Shown here: piece by piece, positions 1-7,548 of the stretch | How positions within the stretch are numbered: the first letter of the stretch is position 1 | Layout of the letters: every line of letters starts with the position of its first letter | NCBI GenBank assembly: GCA_047611865.1 | Contig: JBLFWS010000054.1 | Coordinates: forward strand, 1 to 19,937 | Reading direction: 5' to 3' | Length of the DNA: 19,937 nt | From: Chlamydiales bacterium | Lineage (GTDB): Bacteria > Chlamydiota > Chlamydiia > Chlamydiales > JBDQID01 | Notes under the pieces: generated by a model | Databases searched by the model: none | Told to the model about the DNA's origin: nothing | The model's input: only the letters and a program-made list of their open reading frames with translations | Translations under genes and position numbers: made by a program

Positions 1-72
1 CAATATAAGCAAAGAACAAAACGTTTATCAATTTTGATACCCTGCATTTTTAGAAGATCGGGCATGACTCAG

Positions 73-240
73 TTACATAATCACAAATCCCTTCGCTTCT
101 CTTAAGTCATCCGAGATTTTGGTCAGAAAGCCTATAGGCTTAGGAAAAAGTGTTACCTTGTATTGAGCCATGCCGAATTTTTCATATAAGGATTTGATAA
201 GAGAAGATGCTGTCAAAGATTTTTGAGGACATTTTGCCAT
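73..240 (-). CDS. possible small hypothetical protein (55 aa, MAKCPQKSLTASSLIKSLYEKFGMAQYKVTLFPKPIGFLTKISDDLREAKGFVIM)
   Basis: ATG at 240 to TAA at 73, co-oriented and about 30 nt downstream of the F-box/ankyrin gene. No clear RBS or recognisable motif. Confidence 0.3.
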   Translation of the reverse strand: MAKCPQKSLTASSLIKSLYEKFGMAQYKVTLFPKPIGFLTKISDDLREAKGFVIM

Positions 241-271
241 GATATAAACTTCGTTGAGGATTTATTAAGCC

Positions 272-1540
272 TCAAAGTTTACGAAATAAAATTTTAAATC
301 TCCTCCTAAAATTTTCCAGCGGGAATTGCTGCGTAATGCCTCGGAAATTTCCTGCTTCAGCAATCTCAATGGCTTTTTCTATCACATCATTAATATCCTC
401 GGATAAAAGAAATAGTTCCACCATTCTGATTTGACCTCTTTCTATAGATTTTAGAAAGGCTTCGTTAACCATATCTCCATCTACGTCTCCACTATCAAGA
501 AAGTATTTGACATCTGAAAGCTTACCTTTTTTCACGACCTCAAGAAAAGTGTTGTTAATATGCATGATGTCAATATTCTGGCTGTGTAGAAATCGTGTTA
601 CGAGATTTGAGCCGGGTTCTACAGCTTCAAAACTTGACGGAAGGCCTTTCAGATATTCTGTAACGTGCTGCTTTCCTGATAGGGAGGCAGCATAAAAGGC
701 TCCAAGCATGTCCTCTTCGGGAAACTGATGGTGCTGTATTAAAGCTTTGGCAGCTTCGAGATTACCACATCCGGTAGCGTGCGCCAAGGCATGAGCAAGG
801 CTCTCATCGTCGATGGAAATTTTTTCTAGAAAGAAATGAAAGGTTTCATATCTGCACAATAAGCAGGACAAGTAAAAGCAATAGACTAAAAAATCATTGT
901 GAATGATCTCGGAATCGGAGTAGAGCGCTAAAATGTCTGTTCGGTTTTGCAGGGTAGCCTTAAGGGCTAAATTCTGAATTACATCGGTGGGGATGGTGAT
1001 TCTTTCGAAAAGGAACTTGATGAAATTTATGTGATGGTTTTCAGGTTTAGTAGTAAAGCAGGTTCTGATGCACTCCTCGTCTGGTGTGATGTGTTGAAGG
1101 ATAAATTCACAGCACTCTACACTGCCAGAGTTACAGGCGTGGATAAAAGCATCATGAAAAACTTGTCGGTCAATAGTGGGGTTCTGGATAAAATCAACAC
1201 AGGCGGCGTATCTTTCGAAGTGAAACCTGGAGGGGATTGATGGTTGGGAAAAGGGGTTCTCTGGAAAAGAGACATATGGCCAGAAATATTGGTTTACAGC
1301 CTTAGCTGTTCTAAAAGCCTTATTCTTTAATGTTTCTCCATCCTTGTCACTAAAAATTTTCGTTAGATCTTTCCATCTCTTGTCACAGATAAGCTTTTCC
1401 TGATTATGTAGATATCTGGAAACTCAAGACATACTGATACAATCGCTTAAAGGTAAAAAGGGTAGTACTACAAAAGGAAAAGGCGAGCCGTCGTAAAAAA
1501 GAATATTTTGATCAGTGGTGATTTCGCCAATTTCGTCCAT
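272..1540 (-). pseudogene. F-box + ankyrin-like repeat effector candidate (422 codons) interrupted by a single in-frame TGA at codon 39 (1424-1426)
   Basis: Manual translation: ATG at 1540 with AGGA RBS, 19 nt after the dapF stop. It reads MDEIGEITTDQNILFYDGSPFPFVVLPFLPLSDCISMS*VSRYLHNQEKLICDKRWKDL..., then stays open in the same frame into the 199-aa ORF 272..871. The N-terminus fits the F-box pattern (FLPLxD..S.VSR...D..W). The C-terminus has degenerate ankyrin-like repeats (AFIHACNSGSVECCEFIL, ALAHATGCGNLEAAKALI, AFYAASLSGKQHVTEYL, AFLKSIERGQIRMVELFL). Confidence 0.75.
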
Positions 1541-1559
1541 TGAGTGTATCCTGAAGAAA

Positions 1560-2417
1560 TTATAGGGTTTTGCTGATTTCTACCTGACCTTGATAGACAA
1601 GCTGGGCATCACCGGTCATGCTTACATCGCGAATATTGTCGCCGTCAAGTTTGAAGTCGATTTTTAACTCAGAGCCTGATCGGGTTCTGACAAGTATAGG
1701 TGGTTGGAGTTTTTTTACCTTTGCAGCAGCAATAGCTACAGCTGTAGCACCTGTACCACACGCTAAGGTTTCTCCCTCTACACCACGTTCATAGGTTCTT
1801 TGGAAAACCTTTCCAGAGGGGCGCACACAAGCAAAGCTGGCATTTACACCCTTAGGCCGAAAGTGCTCATGATAGCGAATCATAGCACCCGTTTTATCAA
1901 TAGAGATTTCTTCTTCATCCTCTACAAAAATCACCGCATGTGGGACCCCTGTATTGAGAACGTGTACGGTATTCAACTGTCCGTCGATAGATAAGGGGAG
2001 ATTGAAAGAAAAATCTGTAGGCTCACCCATATTGATAGAAACTTGGTCTCCAGCGAGCTTGCAAAATAGCTTGCGTTCCATTGTTTCAATATACCAAGGG
2101 CCTTCTTTGAAACCTAACTCCAGAAGGAATTTTATTAAACACCGTATGCCATTACCACACATCTCGGCCTCACTGCCGTCGGCATTGAAAATGCGCATGC
2201 GGAAATCTGCAGAAACAGAATTCTGCAAAAGAATAATACCGTCCGCACCTATACCGTTACGACGTTGACACAAATCTTGAATGATTTTGATTTTGTCGAC
2301 CGGGAAAAAACTCTTCCGATTATCAATCAGAATAAAGTCATTTCCCGACCCACTGTATTTTGAAAAAGAAATTCCCAAAAACTTAAAGGAGTTCTTTGTA
2401 GTCAGATATAATTCCAT
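1560..2417 (-). CDS. dapF: diaminopimelate epimerase
   Basis: Motifs [49 protein letters not shown] (both catalytic Cys). The true start may be the TTG at 2378, just after the clpP stop. Confidence 0.96.
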   Translation of the reverse strand: MELYLTTKNSFKFLGISFSKYSGSGNDFILIDNRKSFFPVDKIKIIQDLCQRRNGIGADGIILLQNSVSADFRMRIFNADGSEAEMCGNGIRCLIKFLLELGFKEGPWYIETMERKLFCKLAGDQVSINMGEPTDFSFNLPLSIDGQLNTVHVLNTGVPHAVIFVEDEEEISIDKTGAMIRYHEHFRPKGVNASFACVRPSGKVFQRTYERGVEGETLACGTGATAVAIAAAKVKKLQPPILVRTRSGSELKIDFKLDGDNIRDVSMTGDAQLVYQGQVEISKTL

Positions 2418-2976
2418 CGAGAAGTCCGAAGTTAAGGGCTTCCTGAGCAGTCATCCAGGTATCCCTGTCCAACGCTTTCTCGATTGTTTTGAAATCTTTT
2501 CCCGTAGCATTCATGTAAAGTTTGATCAGCTCATCACGAGTCTTCAAAATCTCTGTTGCATGGATGTCGAGGTCTGTAGCCTGTCCTCGAATACAACCAC
2601 CAAGAGAAGGCTGGTGAATCATTATACGAGAATGAGGGGTCGCAAAACGTCTGCCTGGATCTGCACAAAGGCTGAGAATAGAACCCATTGATGCAGCTAA
2701 ACCCGTAACAAGGGTCGTTATTGGTGAGGATATCATCTTAATTTGATCCCATACGGCAAAACCTGCATCTATAGCACCACCAGGGCTACTGATGACAAAA
2801 AGAATAGGCTTTCCAGGATCAGTTATCTCAAGATACCAAAGTTTGCGGATCGCATTCTTCGCGCTTTCCATTGTCACAGATTCGCAAAAATAAATGCGAC
2901 GTGCATTAAGTACTGCATCGTCGATCTTGTCATCAAGAGATTTGAAGTCATTGTTAAGAACATTTGATTTAGGCAT
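2383..2976 (-). CDS. clpP: ATP-dependent Clp protease proteolytic subunit (ClpP1-like)
   Basis: [14 protein letters not shown] (catalytic Ser), RIMIHQP (His), [23 protein letters not shown]. Start reassigned to ATG 2976 (MPKSN) because a GGAGAG RBS precedes it; the ORF track starts at 3045. Confidence 0.95.
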   Translation of the reverse strand: MPKSNVLNNDFKSLDDKIDDAVLNARRIYFCESVTMESAKNAIRKLWYLEITDPGKPILFVISSPGGAIDAGFAVWDQIKMISSPITTLVTGLAASMGSILSLCADPGRRFATPHSRIMIHQPSLGGCIRGQATDLDIHATEILKTRDELIKLYMNATGKDFKTIEKALDRDTWMTAQEALNFGLLDGIISDYKELL

Positions 2977-3168
2977 GGAACTCTCCGTCAAATTACATAA
3001 GACTGTATTTTTCCTTGTGAGGACCTTTTTTTCAAGAGGTTTCACAGTAAAGCGGGATTTTCGGGCTTATTCCGTCCGAATATTAAGCTTAAACTCAAAA
3101 CTAACCCATTATTGAGTATACTATTAGCAAGTAGGTGCTAAATTTGACACCTGCTTGTTGTGTTTTAA

Positions 3169-4677
3169 CTATTGTACCTTTGCCGAGGAGTACACTTGAT
3201 TTTCAAGCTCCAGTTCAGGATATAGGGGGAAACGTCCCAAAAGATCGCTAACACGGGCTTTTGCATGGCTTAATACTTCTTCGTTCGTCTCAAATTTTGC
3301 CTTACTGGGGGCACCTGTTTTGGCTACAATAGTTGGCTTAGTATTTTTTAAGACGTCTACAATCACACTAGCGACTTCAGCCATTTCTTCTTTGCCCATA
3401 CCCAAAGTACTGATAGCGGGAGTTCCCAAGCGAACACCTGATGTATACCAAGGACCGTTTGGATCAAAGGGAACGGTATTGCGATTTGAAGTGCACCCGG
3501 CTTCTCGCAAAGCAGCTTCTGCCTGACGCCCAGTTAACCCAAAGCTTCTAACATCCAATACAATAAGGTGATTGTCTGTTCCGCCAGTAAGAATTTTTCC
3601 GCCTTCCTTCTGCACATGTTCTGCCAAAGCCTGAGCGTTGTTTACAATGCGGCCGGCGTATTCTTGAAACTCAGGGCGGCTAGCTTCATCTAAAGCAATA
3701 GCTTTTGCTGCCATCACATGAGGAAGGGGACCTCCTAATACCAAAGGACATCCTTTGTCTATAGTATCGCCGTACTCTTTTTTACATAAAATCAAGCCGC
3801 CTCTAGGGCCACGCAGGGTTTTGTGGGTTGTACTCGTTACAATATCAGCAAAAGGCACTGGGTCGTAATCACCTTGGAAAACCTTACCAGCAACCAAGCC
3901 TGCAAAGTGTGCCATGTCTACCATGAATACGGCTCCCACGCTATCGGCAATTTCTTTCATCGTAGCAAAGTTAATGCGGCGAGGATAAGCGGAATAACCC
4001 CCTATGAGAATATCAGGCTTTTCTCGTTTCACCTGTTCGGCAAGAGCGGTATAATCAATAAGGCCTGACTTACGATCCACATCATAGCAGACAGCTTGCA
4101 TCATCTTAGAGGAAACGTTGTGACGATAACCATGAGTTAGGTGTCCACCTGAACTCAAAGATAAGCCCATAACTTTCTGACTCATCATTAGCTGACGGAC
4201 TTTTTCATATTCTTCATCGCTAAGCTCATCAAGCTTCAGCTTACCCAAGGACTCCACTTCCCGATTCTGCACGCGTTGGACAAGGATACTCCAAAAAGCT
4301 ACCAGGTTAGCGTCGGCACCAGAATGTGGCTGAACATACGCATGGTCTGCTCCAAAAACTTTTTTTGCTAGATTCGTAGCTTCTCCTTCCACAACATCCA
4401 CGTTGCCACAGCCAGAATAAAAACGATGGTTGACGTATCCTTCAGAATACTTGTCAGTCAAAAGATTTCCCATAGCGAGCTGTACTGCGAGGGATGAAAA
4501 GTTTTCTGAAGCTATTAACTTGAGGTTGTTGCGCTGGTCCCGCAATTCATTGAGGATACTTTCTGCCACTAAGGGCTTGGACCGTGAAATGACTTCGAGG
4601 GATGCAAGGTAGGCAATGGTAGCTGCTTCCTGTTTGTCCTCAGGTGTTTGTGATAGATATTGGCGGAGCCGGGACAT
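3169..4677 (-). CDS. glyA: serine hydroxymethyltransferase (long, chlamydial type)
   Basis: LIASENF, KYSEGY, VQPHSGADAN, GGHLTHG, STTHKTLRGPRGG (PLP Lys), GTDNHL, SGVRLGTP. About 500 aa, and glyA-clpP-dapF order as in Chlamydiae. Confidence 0.97.
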   Translation of the reverse strand: MSRLRQYLSQTPEDKQEAATIAYLASLEVISRSKPLVAESILNELRDQRNNLKLIASENFSSLAVQLAMGNLLTDKYSEGYVNHRFYSGCGNVDVVEGEATNLAKKVFGADHAYVQPHSGADANLVAFWSILVQRVQNREVESLGKLKLDELSDEEYEKVRQLMMSQKVMGLSLSSGGHLTHGYRHNVSSKMMQAVCYDVDRKSGLIDYTALAEQVKREKPDILIGGYSAYPRRINFATMKEIADSVGAVFMVDMAHFAGLVAGKVFQGDYDPVPFADIVTSTTHKTLRGPRGGLILCKKEYGDTIDKGCPLVLGGPLPHVMAAKAIALDEASRPEFQEYAGRIVNNAQALAEHVQKEGGKILTGGTDNHLIVLDVRSFGLTGRQAEAALREAGCTSNRNTVPFDPNGPWYTSGVRLGTPAISTLGMGKEEMAEVASVIVDVLKNTKPTIVAKTGAPSKAKFETNEEVLSHAKARVSDLLGRFPLYPELELENQVYSSAKVQ

Positions 4678-4766
4678 AGTGTAGACCTCTTTGGGGGGTT
4701 TAGACTTTTTCAGTACAGAATAATCCCTTCAGTAATAAAAAAAAAGAAACCGTCTTCTTTTTCTTC

Positions 4767-5492
4767 TTATTGACCCTTTGGGATTGTCACCCCAAATTCC
4801 TCGTGCAAAACCTCAAGCATCAAAGGATATAGCACTATGGAGTTGGCTGACTTTAATTCTTCTTCCACTCGGGCTTTGAACATTTCGAGGTTTTCACCAT
4901 TTTCTTCCATCTCTTTCCGGTAGGTAAGAACGAGAGAATGCTTTTGGATTTGATCGTAATCTTCAGGGAGCATCTCTGATTGCTGACCAAAAAATATCTG
5001 GACTTCAGATCTGTCGCTTTCATGCAGGGCATTTAATATAGACTTGGCACCAGACAAGCTTAAGGCATTTTGATCCAGATCCAAAGCCGGACTTTTCAGT
5101 ACTTCATTGACAGCTAAGAAGGATCTGACTTTCAGCGCTGACGCTAAAGTGTTAGCACCCTCATCACTAAGTTCATTACATGATAGATCTACCGAGGCGA
5201 CTTTGGGGCTTTCCTTTAAAGCATTTGAGAGATCTGTTATGTTTGCGTTACTTAAACTCTTGCCTTTCAAATCAAGATGCGCTCCACGCCAACGATCAAA
5301 CAGGGCGGGTCGATTGCTCAGTTCTTCCTTGGAGTCTTTAAAATTGGGGTGATTGATAATTCTTTCAAAAAAAGATTGGAAGTCAGCGTCCATTTTTGAG
5401 TTAATATACTCTAACCACTGATCTTTACCTCTAAATTCACAAGGCTCTGGTATAATCAACAAACTCTGTAGGCTAGTTAAGGCAGAGGCCAT
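4767..5492 (-). CDS. leucine-rich repeat (ribonuclease-inhibitor-like) protein, candidate secreted effector
   Basis: Three LRR-like units: HLDLKGKSLSNANITDLSNAL, SVDLSCNELSDEGANTLASAL, ALDLDQNALSLSGAKSILNAL. Confidence 0.75.
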   Translation of the reverse strand: MASALTSLQSLLIIPEPCEFRGKDQWLEYINSKMDADFQSFFERIINHPNFKDSKEELSNRPALFDRWRGAHLDLKGKSLSNANITDLSNALKESPKVASVDLSCNELSDEGANTLASALKVRSFLAVNEVLKSPALDLDQNALSLSGAKSILNALHESDRSEVQIFFGQQSEMLPEDYDQIQKHSLVLTYRKEMEENGENLEMFKARVEEELKSANSIVLYPLMLEVLHEEFGVTIPKGQ

Positions 5493-5570
5493 AAGTCAAT
5501 CCTGATGTCGTAGTTAAATCCGAGGTTGTCCAAGACAAAATAATTTTGGAAAGGGCTTATAGTTTAAAAC

Positions 5571-5780
5571 GGTGTTGTTGCACAATTTAATACGTTTACA
5601 ATCATTTATTTAACCACAGAGAGCACCGAGAACACAGAGAGATAGAAAAATGCATAAGGTCTCTCAGAATATGCTATCAAGTGATCTGTGATTTTTTATT
5701 TTCTCTGTGCCCTCTGTGATCTCGGTGGTTAAATTTTAATCATAAGCCTCTTGTAGACGCATGTTTTATGCAACAACGCC
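5571..5780. mobile_element. 210-bp MITE with IS903-like (IS5 family) terminal inverted repeats and 9-bp target-site duplication
   Basis: TIR GGTGTTGTTGCACAA (5571-5585) / TTATGCAACAACGCC (5766-5780), 13/15 match. Flanking direct repeats GTTTAAAAC (5562-5570) and GTTTAAAAT (5781-5789). No transposase inside. Confidence 0.8.
5608..5734. repeat. nested inverted repeat built of three CAC(A/C)GAG heptamers at 9-nt period
   Basis: Left: ATTTAAC-CACAGAG-ag-CACCGAG-aa-CACAGAG. Right: CTCTGTG-cc-CTCTGTG-at-CTCGGTG-GTTAAAT. Confidence 0.85.
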
Positions 5781-5954
5781 GTTTAAAATCCAAATGGGCG
5801 AAAGGACGGGTTGTTCACCGAGCTTAAAATCTACAAAAGACTTTAAAAGCAAGCAAGCACTATGTGGTAAATACGTAGAAAACAGTGGATTTGGCTAGAA
5901 GAAATTTTAAAACAATGGTTTTTGTTCTACTGAGGGGAATGACGGTGATTTCTC

Positions 5955-5983
5955 TTGAGAAATATTACTCTTGAGGCTATTCT
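5955..5983 (+). promoter_or_regulatory. putative sigma66/sigma70 promoter of cdsZ(-rnpB)
   Basis: TTGAGA-17 nt-TATTCT, 80 nt upstream of the ATG. Overlapped by two CTCTTGAG motifs (5952-5959, 5968-5975). Confidence 0.4.
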
Positions 5984-6063
5984 AATATAGATGTAAAGGA
6001 AAAAGTATTTTCTAAACTAACTGTTTGGAATTTAGAAATTGATTTACCCCTGGGAAAAAAGCG

Positions 6064-6834
6064 ATGTTAGATTCTCTAAAAGATATCCTTGATGTTCAAG
6101 AACTGGACATTAAGATGATCCGTCTCATGCGCCTCAAAAGAGAACGTCAAAAAGAATTGGATAATATCCATAATTTGAGAACCGATCTACAGACTCAGCT
6201 CGAAGCCAAAGGTCTGGAGATTCTTGAACTCAAAAAAGATGTTCGTGTCAGTGAAGGCAAAATCGCAGAAGTAAAAGAAAAAATTCTAAAGCTTGAAGGT
6301 CAACAGAATAAAGTTAAAAAAGTTGAAGAATTTAACGCTTTGAGCCAGGAACTTTCTAGAGCAGAACGCGAGCGTACAAATGCCGAACAAGTCTTCTCAG
6401 ATGTCGTCGAGAAACTTACCATGGAAGAAGAAGGCATGGAAAGCATTAAAGAAAGTATCTCCTCTACTGATGAAAGCAGTCAGGTTTTTGAACAAGAACT
6501 CCTCGAAAGCATCGTCCGCATTAATGAAGAAGGGAAAGAGCTACTCCTACAACGCCGAGAGCTCGAAAAGCTTCCTGAACAGGAACTTATGGGTATATAC
6601 GACAAGCTTCTTCACAATAAAAAAGACCGCGTTATCGTTCCTATCGAAAATCGTACATGCAGTGGGTGCCACATTGTGCTTACGGCGCAACATGAAAACC
6701 TCGTACGTAAATGGGAAAGATTAGTCTATTGTGAGCATTGCTCTCGCATCCTATATTGGCCGGAAGGTGCTTCAGCTGACGGAAGTGAAACAGTTCCAAA
6801 ACGCCGCCGCAGACGTTCTACTACGGCAGTGTAA
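6064..6834 (+). CDS. cdsZ: coiled-coil / C4 zinc-ribbon protein, CT398 (CdsZ) / FlgZ family
   Basis: Long coiled coil followed by CSGCHIVL...CEHCSRILYW and a basic tail (PKRRRRR). Directly upstream of rnpB, as in Chlamydia. Confidence 0.88.
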   Translation: MLDSLKDILDVQELDIKMIRLMRLKRERQKELDNIHNLRTDLQTQLEAKGLEILELKKDVRVSEGKIAEVKEKILKLEGQQNKVKKVEEFNALSQELSRAERERTNAEQVFSDVVEKLTMEEEGMESIKESISSTDESSQVFEQELLESIVRINEEGKELLLQRRELEKLPEQELMGIYDKLLHNKKDRVIVPIENRTCSGCHIVLTAQHENLVRKWERLVYCEHCSRILYWPEGASADGSETVPKRRRRRSTTAV

Positions 6835-6843
6835 ACAAGTTTT

Positions 6844-7220
6844 TCTGGGAAGATGGGCAATCGCTGCCGCCATTCCACTTGTGGGTGGCGGGAGAGGAAA
6901 GTCCGGGCTTCATAGAAGGGGATACCAGTGAAATACTGGGGGCCGTAAGGCTACGGAAAGTGTAACAGAAAATAGACCGCAGGTGAGCTTGCTTACCAGA
7001 CAGGATGAAAATGCCAGGTTTAAGACCCGGCCAGACTTGGGGGAACTCAAGCTGCTACAAACCCTATCCGAAGCAAGACCTAAACAAGACATATAGCCAT
7101 TCTTCGTGGTGTTTTGGGCTGGTCGCTCGAGAATGTCGGTGACGGCATTCCTAGATGAATGATTGCTCACTGTAAGCAATTGCGTACAGTTGACAAGACC
7201 CGGCTTATAGTCTTCCCAGA
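6844..7220 (+). ncRNA. rnpB: RNase P RNA, bacterial type A
   Basis: P1 helix TCTGGGAAGA (6844-6853) / TCTTCCCAGA (7211-7220); GAGGAAAGTCCGGGCT; GGAAAGTGTAACAGAAAATAGACCGC; GAAGCAAG; CTAGATGAATGATTG; ACCCGGCTTA. Followed by a T-run. Confidence 0.97.
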
Positions 7221-7339
7221 CTTTTTTTTATTTTCCAATGATAGTTTTCATAGAGATCACGCAGAGAGGAGTTACTCCTTTCTGTACTCTCTTGTCTAAA
7301 TTAAGATTTAGATATTGGAAGAAACGATGAGTTTCCGTC

Positions 7340-7548
7340 TCTTCCTTCGCGTTTAAAAAGGGTAGGACGACTTCAAAGAATAGCAAGGCTTTACCTCTCT
7401 TATCCTCCCCCTTCCTCTTCTTCTCTTCCCTCCTCTTATCTTCCTTCGCGGCCTTCGCGTTTCTTCGCTGCCTTCGCGTTAAAAAAAAGTGAAAGATGAC
7501 TCAAATGAAAGAGATACAAAGTTACAAAAAAAGATACAAAGATACAAA
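7340..7548. repeat. compound repeat cluster: CTTCGCG heptamers at 9-10 nt period, a polypyrimidine tract and GATACAAA octamers
   Basis: CTTCGCG at 7345, 7444, 7453, 7472 (CTTCGCT at 7463). TCTTCCTTCGCG duplicated at 7340 and 7439. C/T tract at about 7394-7447. G(A/T)TACAAA x4 at 7513-7548. Confidence 0.8.

Noticed and set aside
1..65. Possible partial minus-strand ORF starting at ATG 65 (MPDLLKMQGIKIDKRFVLCLY)
   Set aside because: Only 21 codons are visible at the window edge, too few to support a call.
1031..1240. 69-aa + strand ORF in an apparent intergenic gap
   Set aside because: It is the antisense shadow of the longer minus-strand F-box/ankyrin reading frame.
1424..1426. Genome-wide TGA recoding (code 4/25) or selenocysteine as an explanation for the in-frame stop
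   Set aside because: folE ends at TGA at its expected C-terminus, other genes use TGG for Trp without internal TGA, and no convincing SECIS hairpin or redox motif was seen.
3124..3141. TTAGCA-N6-TGCTAA resembling a CIRCE (HrcA) operator upstream of clpP
   Set aside because: CIRCE is TTAGCACTC-N9-GAGTGCTAA. The half-sites here are truncated and the spacing is wrong. The sequence also forms part of an imperfect hairpin (3126-3159) after glyA.
6731..7179. ORFs 6731..6931 (+) and 6910..7179 (-)
   Set aside because: They overlap cdsZ and the RNase P RNA gene and are considered spurious.
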